From assembly GCF_001194135.2 (NCBI RefSeq), contig NC_069008.1, forward strand, positions 12,671,911 through 12,735,910: a DNA stretch of 64,000 nt. Direction: 5' to 3'. Source of the stretch: Octopus bimaculoides (lineage: Eukaryota). This document shows positions 51,107-64,000 of this stretch, piece by piece. The notes beneath the pieces are model-generated. The model ran no database searches. It was not told the DNA's origin and saw only the letters and a list, made by a program, of their open reading frames with translations. Made by a program: the position numbers and the translations under genes. Position 1 is the first letter of the stretch. Each line of letters starts with the position of its first letter.

Positions 51107-51948
51107 TGTAACGGTTGAAAGATGTTAAAGTCAGAGGGTCACCAATTGTAACGGTATCGAAATGTTAAAGTCGGAGATTACCAATTGTAATGATTAATTG
51201 TTAGTGTGTAGCGATGTGCTGCAGGATGCACAAGATGAACAATTCATGAAGTTTTTAAGAAATATTTTATTTTTGCTGTTACTTTAATAAATGCCATACC
51301 ACGACGAGTAGGCCAGTGTAATCGTATAACACAGTTCTTAAAACATGCAAGGCAAAGAAAGTTAATTTTGGCCTGTATAGGTGTGTACACATTCTTGTAG
51401 TAGTCAACAGATAAAAAGATAGAGTAAGATTACCGAGAAAAGAGATGAGAGCTAGTGATAGTTATAGCGTCGAGGGAAGTTGTGTCTCGTAGTTGGCTGG
51501 TTGTAAACTTCTTTCTCCCTCTGGTCATTTGTCTTTTAGGGGTTGCCTGCTTGTGACCATGGCTCTAGATGTCCAGTCGTCACCGACTGGTGACTAAGCT
51601 GTTGAGTCATCACCGACTGGTGACTAAGCTGTTGAGTCATCACCAACTGGTGACTAAACTAAATTTTGCTTGGGGGTCTCCTGTTTTTATAGCTATCTAG
51701 AAGGATACTGAGAACAAAGGATTTAGCTGGCGGTCTTGTTATCTCTATTCTAGCTTTTGGTGGAGTAGAAGAGGTCGGAAAGGGTCAAGTGTTGGAGACA
51801 TTGTTTCGGCCTAGCTAAAGGCGTCTGGGAAATATCTAACTGCTGTCAGATCAAAACCATTGTTCTACCATGGGAAAAGTTCTGACGCAGTGTTAATTCA
51901 AATTTGGGTATAGTGGATTGAATTCACTTCATGCACGTAAAATCCCTA

Positions 51949-51950
<2 letters not shown>
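51107..51950 (-). mobile_element. LTR homologue embedded in (TA)n
   Basis: Colinear with 41021-41683 (TGTAACGG..., GCCATACCACGACG.GTAGGCCAGTGTAAT, CCTGTTTTTATAGCTAT, TTCAAATTTGGGTATAGTGGAT). Internal tandem of about 30 bp, 3 copies, near 51580-51660. Confidence 0.65.
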
Positions 51951-51997
<47 letters not shown>

Positions 51998-52199
51998 AAA
52001 ACAAGGAGATAAGTAAAACTAACTCAGAATGGATAGTAGCAAGTATTTGGACAATGAAGACTAATAAAGTTCTGTTGAATACAAGATAAATTCGTGATTT
52101 ATTAAAACTATCTTTAACACTCAGAATTTTGAAATTGATACAGCTGCTGTTCTATTGTATAAGAATACCTATATTTTTCATTTTATGAATCCTATGAGA

Positions 52200-53570
<1,371 letters not shown>

Positions 53571-55307
53571 GAAATAATAAAGAAACAACTGTATGAAATA
53601 TAAGGGCTACTCAAAATACAAGAGTGAAAATTTTACTATATTTCTTTTGAGATGAATGTGTCGGTGAACCTTTGCTTTTTGGCACACGACACAGCTCCTA
53701 GCCTATTCACAAGTGTCCTTGTTGATGTTGGGCCACACAGAATGGCTTGTTATCAGCCTCTGTGTGATGCGGACACCAGGATGTGCTAGGGAATGCAATG
53801 CAAAGAAAATGTGTCGATGTTTTCACGACACATAAGGATGTTCATGGCCGGTGGAGGTGTTGTACCAAATATAGCCTGTAGCAGAGGGTAACAGGAATTG
53901 CAGAAATTCCAGAGATAACAAATTTCGAAATTTTAATAGTCTTGCGTTATCTTGTTGATCATCTGCAATCCACTGGTGAATTCCAACACATGTATATATT
54001 CTAGCACTTGTGCTGGTGGCACGTTAGAAAATCATTCGAGCGAGGTCATTGCCAGTGCTGCTGGACTGGCTCCTGTGCAGGTGGCACGTAAAAAACTCCT
54101 TTTTGAGTGTGGCTGTTGCCAGTACCGTGTGACTGGCCCTCGTGCCGGTGGCACGTAAAAGCACCCACTACACTCTCGAGTGGTTGGCATTAGGAAGGGC
54201 ATCCAGCTGTAGAAACTCTGCCAGATCAGATTGGAGCCTGGTGCAGCCTTCTGGCTTGCCAGTCCTCAGTCAAATCGTCCAACCCATGCTAGCATGGAAA
54301 GCGGACGTTAAACAATGATGATGATGAACGAACAATATCTTGTGACTGAAGTGTTTACCAATCTATTATTACACATCCATTGGCAGAAAATAACTTTACA
54401 TTACATTTCTATAAAATCATAGATCATAGTTTAGAGAATGGTGTACAGTAAGTTCGTTGATTTATCTTGTTATTGATTAAACCTGAGTGTAGTTACAGAT
54501 GTGTGTATTCCAAAAAAATTTCTTTCTTCATAACTTTATGAAAAACACTTATTTCTTACTGAAATTTTCCAAGAATACATTGTAGATGGTACAGATTATA
54601 GTTATATCAGAATTTGTTGTGAAAACTTCTTCTGAAAGAGTTTCGTTCATTCCCACTGCGTGGCACTTTGGGCTGAGCAAAGCCTTGTGAGTGGATTTGG
54701 TAGACGGAAACTGAAAGAAGCCCGTTGTATATATATATATGTATGTATGTATGTGTGTGTACATGTTTGTGTGTCTGTGTTTGTTCCCCCAACATCGCTT
54801 GACAACCGATGGTGGTGTGTTTACGTCCCCGTAACTTAGCGGTTCGGCATAAGAGACCGATAAAATAAGTACTAGGCTTACAAAGAATATGTCCTGGGGT
54901 CGATTTGCTTGACTAAAAAGGCGATGCTCCAGCATGGCTGCAGTCAAATGACTGAAACAAGTAAAAGAGTATTTGTTTGCTATTAACTTTCTGGTTTCAC
55001 TCAATTATGTGGGAATTTGATGTGAAAACAAAATTTGGGGGTGGGGTCGGATAATTCACAAACCTCAACCAGGTTTCTACATACAGTTTGATGAAATGTG
55101 TGAATTATCACCACTCTTCTGTTTTCTCTGCACACATGAAATTCCAATGTACACCACCTGAAAGGTATTTGTTGAAAATTTTATTTAAAAATATATATTT
55201 TGCACACACGTGTAATTAATATCAACGTCTAACTAGTAATATCAAAACGTTTTACATTACTCATGTCCATCTAGTTTTACTAAAATATCTGTATTATTAT
55301 ATCTTAA

Positions 55308-55460
55308 CTGTTATGCTGCATAAAAATGTGTTTATAGTAAAATAGCTTTAATTACAAATGTTTGTTCTGTGGTGCCATCCAACCCAAACTTTTGCAACAG
55401 AAATTATAAAAACTCAGCAACACAAGCAATGAAATGAAATTCGTATCAGTTTATAAGCTC
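55308..55460 (-). other. 5'UTR exon homologue (copy F) of the ZNF-6 pseudogene, with a mutated donor
   Basis: On the - strand TTTTTGTAG|GAGCTTATAAAC...CATAACAG|TTAAGA: the donor GT reads TT at 55307-55306. The intron block continues to about 55010. Confidence 0.55.
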
Positions 55461-58400
55461 CTACAAAAATAAATGTATATTATTTCTTAGAATATGCAAG
55501 AAGTTACTGTGAAATGTACTGGAATTATGAAAACTTTATTTAAAACACAAAAATTACAAAAACAATGGAATTCTGTAAATCTCTGCACCTACAACATCTG
55601 GTTGACTTAGTACTGTTATGGAAGGTGCAATAATTTGGTGCCAACATTCTGAATGCATTTCTGAAGAAGAAGAACAACAAAGTATCGACCTTGCTTTAAA
55701 TGAGTTCAACGAACAAGAAGAGGTATCATTCTCACTGTAAACGTATTTCTCAAAAGTAATTATACAGACGAAGAATGAGAAAGATGTCAATGTCCACAGG
55801 TTTTAGTATGTTTCTTTTGTTCTGTATTGATGCTTTAAATTTTGCTGTGAAAGTTTAATTCCAATTGAATGACACCATGAAATATATAGTTTAGCCACAA
55901 TAAACATAAGTTGAGGATGGGAAACACAAACAATAAATTTGTGGAGAAATATCCTTTATTCTTTACTTCTTTCAGTCATTAGACTGTGGCCATGCTGGGG
56001 CACCGCTTTTACTATATTATAAATATTTTAGCTAGCAGTGGCTTGGTAATAATTTATTTCATTGTATAATGCAACTAGTATTTTATTGTATAATGCAACT
56101 AGTATTAAAATATCTAGCTTTCATTATATTTAGTGAAGTTTATTGGTGCATGAAGGTGTAAATCAATATAGAAAATTGTACATTTATTGAAGTGGGAAAA
56201 CACAGATTGCTGAAATATTAAACTGTTCATATAAAATAGTTCACACATCATCTCTATGAAAAACAACATGTATGCTATTGTTAACATATATAATGAGTGA
56301 AAGATTTAAAAGCTAATAAAAAAAATACATATTACAATCAGAAAAAATATTAAACAAAGAGCAATATTGCTCCATTTTTATCTTAATGTTAAGTCTTACT
56401 TTTAATATCTGCCTCAATCTAGGGAAAGATGAAGAGTTTCGTTTATTTTGATAAATTCAATTTTTCTTATCATACCAACCTCTCTAATACTGTTATAATA
56501 ACAGCATGACTGCCATCATCTGATAAGTAATGGAAAAAATTATAAACATCTATCTCATTTACATCCTGCAATGCACCTCCTTCCTCTGTCGTCATATTAC
56601 AGTTTGGTTGGAACAGATGTATCAGAATTACACTTAAACTTCACACACTGCTTTTCCTCCTATCATTCTCTCAAGTCTGGACTGAGAAATTCTTGGTTAA
56701 GGTTTTGTGTTTCATAATGGGAAATAAGTTAACAGATCTGCATGTGTAGAAATTTCTATGGAGACACATTTCCCATTAAGTGTATGTTTAAACAGCTTAG
56801 TGATTTATTTCATTCATGATAACATAAGAACAAATGTTAGTTGTATTTCAACATTGCAAAATAACATATCTCCTCTTAAAAGTGAAAGTAAATTGCTCTG
56901 GAATTGATGATAGTGAAATTCTAGAATTTTATTAGACACAGATACCTAGTTATATAGTTTCTTCTGGCATGAGCATTTCTGAAATAGCAGCTGAGGTAAT
57001 ATACTCATCAACAAACTGCTTTGAAAATTCATGCAGACACATCTCATATCCAATGGATGACCTTCCTGTGTTAATTTAGGTTAAATGTATAGTAGTGAAG
57101 TTGTGACCCACTCTTTGAATTCTTTTGATCTAATGATGAGAGCATCCATATAGAAGGATGGTGGATGCTCATCAAGAAGAAATTCAAGTGACAATGCTAA
57201 ATGAGAATTTTTTAATTTATATTGTATTTGTATGAACATAGGTGAAAAAGCTACATTCTATGCTCCTTGAACATGTTATATAAATGTGATGAAATTAGGA
57301 ATTCTGTCGTCCCTTCTGGTATCGATCACAATTTACTTTCACTTTTTTACTACACTAAACCACATATTAACCTATACTTTAGTTATGGACAAAAGGGACA
57401 TTGATGTTAGACAACATTACACACAGGTTTTCCAGATTCACCAGTTCAAAATTTTGAAAGCCCTAATTCAATAGCTGAAGGGCACTAAATAAAAATGAAA
57501 AGTACCAAAAAGAAAGCACCTCAGCAAAAAAAAAAAAAAAAAAAACTTTATAAATGGGTGTAAATATTAAAAGATTTATATTTAAAATTTCAATTTTAAT
57601 TAAATTAAAGTGAAATTAACATCATTACTTTTATTTTTACTCCATAATATTTTCAAACATTTCCTGATCAATTTGTCTTTGGTGTTCAAGTTTCAGTTCG
57701 ACATGATTTGTAAGCTTGTGTAGCAATACTCAACATTTGAAACCTTGTCATTTCATTAACGGGCAGAAACCACAACATATTAACTTTTCATATTTGGCAG
57801 TGGCTATTCTTATTAGTGACTTTGGCGCATACTTCAGCTAATCATTCTTCTTGTGCATTTGTGTAGTATAAAGAAAATCCCATGTAGTCTCACACCAAAT
57901 CATGGCTATAATTTGAAATGTGTAAAAGATACAATCACAGTGATTGCAAGGAGAGCTCAGAAGCTCTGCAGAGGTTTTCTTAGTTATCTGGCAGCTTTGC
58001 TGTTCTGACCTTGTGTTAAAAGATCAACTCTTGTTAAGCACACAGTCTTGCTTCACACCGGGCACAAACAGATAACATTCTTACTTCTGTTATTGAAATC
58101 TAAATATGATTTGGTTCAACCCGTGAGCATTTAATCCAGATATATCAGGTCAAAATATTCCACCTGTTTTGTGGCCAGATCCAGTCTCTCAAACCGATCC
58201 TACAATGTCAGTCTAAACAATCAACATCATTGAAATATCAAAGCTACAAGATAATGCATGATTAATTCAAAACAATGTGAATGAATAATCATTACATTAT
58301 GCTGAATAATCTGAATGCTAAAGGGTTAATATAGGAGCAACACACAAGCAGACTGTATTATCCAGTGCCCAGCTTACCAAGTCCACACTGGTGAACAATC

Positions 58401-59189
58401 CAAAACCTGCAAAACCATACTGGCGACTACGACTGCAGCTAAACCACCACCACCACAAGCTGATGATCGAACACCACCACTCTGGTAACATCTGACAGTC
58501 AACACAAAATTGGTATTCTCTGCACATCTGTAAATTTGTTACCAGATCACTATCAATGGCAGCTAATACGGAGACCGATGTTTTTTGTCCATAATAATAC
58601 AGTAGAGCATCCTTTGAAAACCACAAATTCTGAACCATACCATGGTTTACAAGCAACATCCAGAAACATGATCTTTGACATTGAAAGAAAATGAGAGACA
58701 GCATCGATAGGCTTAAGAAAGCCTTTATGGAATCATTACCTGCTTACAAACAGTTATTTCCACCATTAAACAACTACACAACCAGAATATAAACACTGCT
58801 CTTTTTGTCATAAAACTTCCATTACTACAGAAATGGCTGTAAAGTAGAATGGCCAGACCAATATGCACAAATATACTATATAATTCCCTTTGAACTTTCA
58901 GAGACATTACATGAACTTATTATCTTTCTTCACATTTCTGCACCGATTTTGCATTCATGAACTCTTTGAATATGGACAATTCATTTTATTTACCTTCTTC
59001 AGTTGCATGCTTTATTGCTCTTGTATTTTCTATTTTAATTCTTTGCCTTGTTTACTGTATTGCCAAATAATCCAGTTCCCTGCTAACCAAGTCCGTACAT
59101 CCATGGATCCAATTTCCTTTAACAGTTTGCTAGCTATTCTCAACCATAACAACATTTACCACTTTGTTTTTATGTCTGTATTTGATGAT

Positions 59190-60300
59190 CAAAATTGCTC
59201 TTAGTGCTTCTACGCTTAGAGGGTTATCCTCATTTGAGTTCATAAAATTCATGTGGCTAAATACACTCCTCATATCAACATTTGTATGTCATAAAATAGG
59301 AAGTTTTATTCTTTCCAATACGAATCAATTTTTGTCAGAATCTCTGAATCTTTATTAACTCTTTAACATTTAAACGGGCCATATCTACCCCAATATATTC
59401 TACCTATTTTATGCTCAAACTGACCAGATCCAGCCTATCACACCTATCCTAAAATGTCATTCAAAAAATAAGCAATCATATTACCAAAATCTCGAAGCTG
59501 CAAGATAATGGATGATGAATTCAAAATGATGTGAATAAATAAGCATTAATTTAACAGAGCAATCTGAATGCTAAAGGGTTAAAAATGCAAAGCATCTTAA
59601 CGATTCAGGTTCTGTTGGTTTGAGACATTCTGTTACACTAAATTGATTATGAAAGACAAAAATTATCTGTTTGGTTTGTTCCCAAATTTCCACTGCAAAT
59701 TTTATGCGTTGTCCTCTTGTCTAATTTTCTTGTTGCTCAATAAATTTACACTCTGAGATTCTATTCACAAATTGATAACCAAAAAATGGTTTTAGGTCTT
59801 TCCTGGCATTATAATTAACAAACTGAGTAAATTAATGAGATGCTGAAGATTATTCAATAATTTAGTGGGTTTTTGTGTTTCTGCTTAAAATTTTTTGTCA
59901 ACTCTTTGAACTTCAGAAATGATTTGCTTTAAAAAGAGGTGAAAAACATAGTTTGTCAGACTACATTAAATATATGACTTCAGCTGCATAGTAATGTTCT
60001 TCGCTTCTTGCAATTTCCAAATGAGTTTTTCAATTCATCCTACTGCTGCAAACATTGTTACCACTGCAGGTTCAATTAACATCTATGTTGTCCCACTAGG
60101 TTGATTTCTTTAATTTATTGTGACAAAAAAAGTTCATATTTTGCTTGCCGTACTGATGAATATGAAAACCAGATGTATGTTTCTTTTTATCGTGAAATCC
60201 AAATTTCTTGACAAATATTCAGCTGCAGCACACATGACACAGCAAGATGGAGAGAATGACAAACACTTAGGTATCGGATGAGGAATTTCTCTTGTTGATA
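59190..60300 (-). mobile_element. Decayed hAT transposase, interrupted by a TTAA MITE
   Basis: VCHSLHLAVS (CxxH motif), IEPAV..., FLKQIISEVQRVDK, and dimerisation-like RVFSHMNF...LSVEALRAILIIK. Confidence 0.6.
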
Positions 60301-61683
60301 TAGCATACACATTTAAGGCAGCAAGCTGCCAGAAACGTCAGCACACCAAGCGAAATGCTTAGCGACATTTCATCTGTCTTTATGCTCTGAGTTCAAATAC
60401 CGCCAAGGTCAACTTTGCCTTTCATCGTTTTGGGATGAATAAAATAAGTACCAGTTGAACACTGGGGTTGATGTAATCGACTTAGCTCGTCCCCTGAAAT
60501 TGCTGGCCTTGTGCAAAAAAAAAATTTGAAACCAATATAATATATACATAATTGTTTGCACTGGTCGTGACTGAAGCCTTGACAGCAACTAAAGTAATCG
60601 CGTTTGCCAAACAAGGTTGTTGTTTTATTTATAACATTCTTTTAATCTGTAGCTTATTGCATTCTTCTAAATCAACTAAATCAATATCATCATCATCATT
60701 ATCATTTAACATCCGCTTTCCATGCTAGCATGGGTTGGACGATTTGACTGGGGACTGGCGAACCGGATGGCTACACCAGACTCCAATCCGATCTATGTTA
60801 CAGTAATCTAACTTCTAAATAATATCTCATAACAATTCCCTATAGTTTGGTAACAGAAATATTTGTTGATTCATCATTAATTCAACTGTACTGTCTATCT
60901 GTTTACAGGTATTAAAAATACTTGTATGGAAGCCATGCTATGCCACTGCAATAAAAAGTGGATCTTGTTTATCTTGATTAATCTCTGTTTAACTTTGGGA
61001 CCCACCTAGAATGATGACATTTTTGACAGGCCAAACTATTCTGGGTTCAAAATCTAAAAACTGTGGACGTAAGTATGGGGATAAATGATTTGATTCTTGG
61101 TCATGAATCCATATGATAGCTCATTTATCACTGGGGTGAACCTTTAAGTTACAAGGAGGAGTATATAAGGGGTGGGTGAGTGAGAAGGTAATTTTGCCTG
61201 AGACTGAGAGGAGAGGAATGTAATGAGTGGTGAAGATGGAGAAAGAGATGGTGTTAGGAAGATGAGTGGTGGGGGAAAGATTTATCAGAGGCATACACAT
61301 AAATGACATGCTTTTGGGGCTTCAATTTTTCTTAGATGGAAAGGTCTTCTCAAGCTCAGCAAACTGCTGTCTTGGTCCTTTGTCATCCCCCACCCCTTCA
61401 GTATTGAATGAGCATGGGTTTCCATCTAGAAAGTTCCCCTCCAAGGCACAACACTGGGCAAGATGGTTTATGGAAGACCAGCTATCACCCATGCATACCA
61501 GCTTCCCCCACTCTATGTCACAAGTTATGTCGATTTGATGGAAGGAGCGAGCTAATTTACAGCATAAACATTTGATCACATCACTATAAAAACAAATCAT
61601 TTGTGCAGGTTGTTCGGCAAGATTATTGCATATTCATCATTGTTGACTATGACAAGAGAAATCTGTGTGTGTGTGTATGTTTG

Positions 61684-62045
61684 TACAGGGTGTCCCAAAA
61701 AGATGTACTCACTCTTTGACAGACGATTACTAATGTATTGTTTTTTGTGATGTACGGGCTTACCTCGATGCAACAAATCCAAACAAATGGATTGGGAGGA
61801 GAGGTAGCGTTGAATTTCCAGCACATTCCCCAGACCTCACGCCAATGGATTTTTTTTTATGGGGACATTTCAACGATAAGGTTTACGCTGCAAAACCAGT
61901 GACAATTGATGATATGAAAAATGAAATTTGAATACAATGTCTTGCAGTTCCAAATGAATTGTTTGGCAATGTTATTGAATCCATTGTTGGACATTATCAG
62001 CTTTGTTTGGAAAATGAAGGAAGGCAGTTTGAACATTTGTGAACA
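61684..62045 (+). mobile_element. Tc1/mariner (maT/rosa-like) internally deleted element
   Basis: TACAGGGTGTCCC terminus directly followed by KWIGRRGSVEFPAHSPDLTPMDFFLWG...KVY...EGRQFEHL*. Confidence 0.8.
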
Positions 62046-63099
62046 CACAGGAATGAGAGCAAACATCAAATAATTCTAAATGACAATAAATAATCGTTTC
62101 TGCAACAATTTATTTTCCTGAATTTAAAAATCAAATTTTTTTTTTAAAGTATTACAAGTTTTATTAAATTGTTTTTGATTTGGTAATTTGTTCTTTTAAA
62201 TGAAAACTTTTTTTTAAATAAAATCTTTTTAACATAGCTATTTACCACTTGTTTTTCTATTACTCTCCTCCTCATTATCATATCTGGATGTGGCAACAGC
62301 AGCAAAGCACCGGACAAATGCTTGTATCTGTATGCGTGAAATCAATTGAAGAATCATTTGTCTTGTCCATTGAAAATGAAAATTTAAATGTTCGTATATT
62401 GTGTTTATGATATCACAATATCGGGAATGTATCACTGGAGATTTGCTTTCAAAAGCCTTCAGCCTCTTTCAACCTTTTGCGATGATTGGAGGCTAGTGTA
62501 TGCGTGCCCCATGAGGCATACCAAACATCTTAACCAGAACCTTCAGGAGAGGAAACCTGGGGATTCCAATTAGAGACAGATACCTCGCTGTCAATAAGCT
62601 CACACAGTATGTGTCTTTAAAGAGAACATGACATCAAATTATAAAGATGATGAACAGAACTGCTTCTTCTACATATAGTCATATGTGTATCATGAGAATA
62701 TAGATATATATATTGTGAATTTTATTAAATAAATTTTCATGATGTTTCTGTGATCATGGCCACATGTACCTTTGGGTGCAAGTGTGTATGTGTGTGGGCC
62801 TGTGTCTATATGTTTCTGTATGTGGTGTGTATCTGTTCATCTCCTTCACATATTTTCTCTCTTGTTTCTTCTCTGTCTATCTCATTTTGTCTCTCTCTAG
62901 CATTGTGCAGTGCATATTCTAGTTCTTTCTTTCTGTGTGTGCGCTCACGCATGCAAATCTTGTGCATCTGCATAGAATCCATAAGAATCCAGGAGGGCAC
63001 ATCTTTATTTTAGCTAAACATTTGAGGAATGTAACATTAAATATTGTAATGATGAAGCCACAGTTGATAAATTACCTGGGAATCTGCATTCATCACTCT

Positions 63100-63400
63100 G
63101 TACAAATTACTAAAATAGCCAGAATGTGTAGGTGAATGGCTGGTCAGATTCATTCTGAACAAGAAAAAGGAAATATATGTTGCTTTTTTGGAGAACATTT
63201 ATTCTCAGTCACCTGGAATACTGTTCCCAGTTAGGGTAACCACAAAGTGTTTAACTAACAGTGGAGTTTAAAGTAATCCAATGTCACTATTCCAAGGCTT
63301 CCTCTGCGCAACACGAGCTACAGGGAGAGGCTAAAAAAGTTGAAGCCTGGCTGGAGGAGGGGAGACAGAGCAATCCATCATGGTGACACTTTTATAGGGC
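63100..63400 (+). mobile_element. CR1-like LINE RT C-terminal fragment
   Basis: FILSHLEYCSQL...SYRERLKKLK (frameshifted). Confidence 0.6.
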
Positions 63401-63752
63401 TGTAGTGAGGCACAAAGAAGCCAACGCCATTTTGAAACAGCAAGATCTTGCCTACAACCATTTCCATACACAGGACAAAAACAAGATCTTGCCTGCAACC
63501 ATTATTTAAGGAAAAGGCAACAACATTTTCCCTCTCACTCTTCTCACGCTTTTCATTGTGTTCGTATTGATTTGGTGTATTTGCTGATTGTGTGAAGAAT
63601 CGTTGGCTGTTTTGTGCTGCTTTGCAGTGGTTTTCTGGTTGTGCTTCCTCTCTGTCTTGAGGAGGGTCAGCAATGCCAACAGTAAGTAATATGTTCCATT
63701 CGGGTCCGAGTTGTTCTCTTCGGAGGAGGAGCTCGTTCGAGCTGTTAATAGG

Positions 63753-64000
63753 ATGGACAAACGCTTAAGGAAGAAAAGCTTTGCGGAAGTGACAGAAGTC
63801 ACAAAAAAGGAGGTGGACCTGACAAACATAGAAAAATATGAGGAGTTGGCATGTAGGGTAGGTGGTAACTTTAAGTTGTCATCACCCCAGAAAGTATTGG
63901 AAGAGATGGATAAGAAAACTATAGTATACAAAGTGTATTCTGTGGAAGAAAAGAAGATAGAAAATGTGGAAGCAGAAATAATAGAAAAGGGGTTGCGCTC
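63753..64000 (+). mobile_element. LINE ORF1 start, open to the window edge
   Basis: MDKRLRKKSFAEVTEV...VEEKKIENVEAEIIEKGLR with no stop. Homologous to the ORF1 relic near 46440-46500 (-). Confidence 0.55.

Overview
AT-rich eukaryotic scaffold with 8 N-gaps and no prokaryotic features. The repeat content and gene architecture point to an octopod cephalopod (inference, not verified by search). The window is a tandem cluster of C2H2 (TGEKP-linked) zinc-finger genes: four complete + strand CDSs (about 5950, 18590, 27847, 35795), one gap-truncated CDS (about 23799) and one - strand pseudogene (about 52200-53570). Most units share a duplicated cassette: a non-coding exon of about 160 nt ending CAG|GTAAGA, a 3' splice acceptor TTTCAG|A, and a conserved N-terminal peptide of about 30 aa. 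The intergenic DNA is dense with nested mobile elements: RTE/BovB, CR1-like, Penelope-like and ORF1-bearing LINEs, Gypsy LTR relics, hAT/Buster, piggyBac-like, Tc1/mariner and Helitron relics, several tRNA-derived SINE families, and MITEs. Three observations stand out. (1) A tRNA-headed (Pol III-type) element carries a minimal hammerhead-ribozyme motif (about 38690-38971, - strand). (2) A near-perfect inverted repeat carries two divergent hammerhead-like motifs with a palindromic helix III (about 37465-37800). (3) A 596-bp MITE with perfect 37-bp TIRs and an 8-bp TSD has at its centre a head-to-head (CCCTAA)n(TTAGGG)n junction flanked by an inner inverted repeat with CCAAT/CRE motifs (17165-17760). 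All structures were read by eye; no folding, alignment or database search was run.
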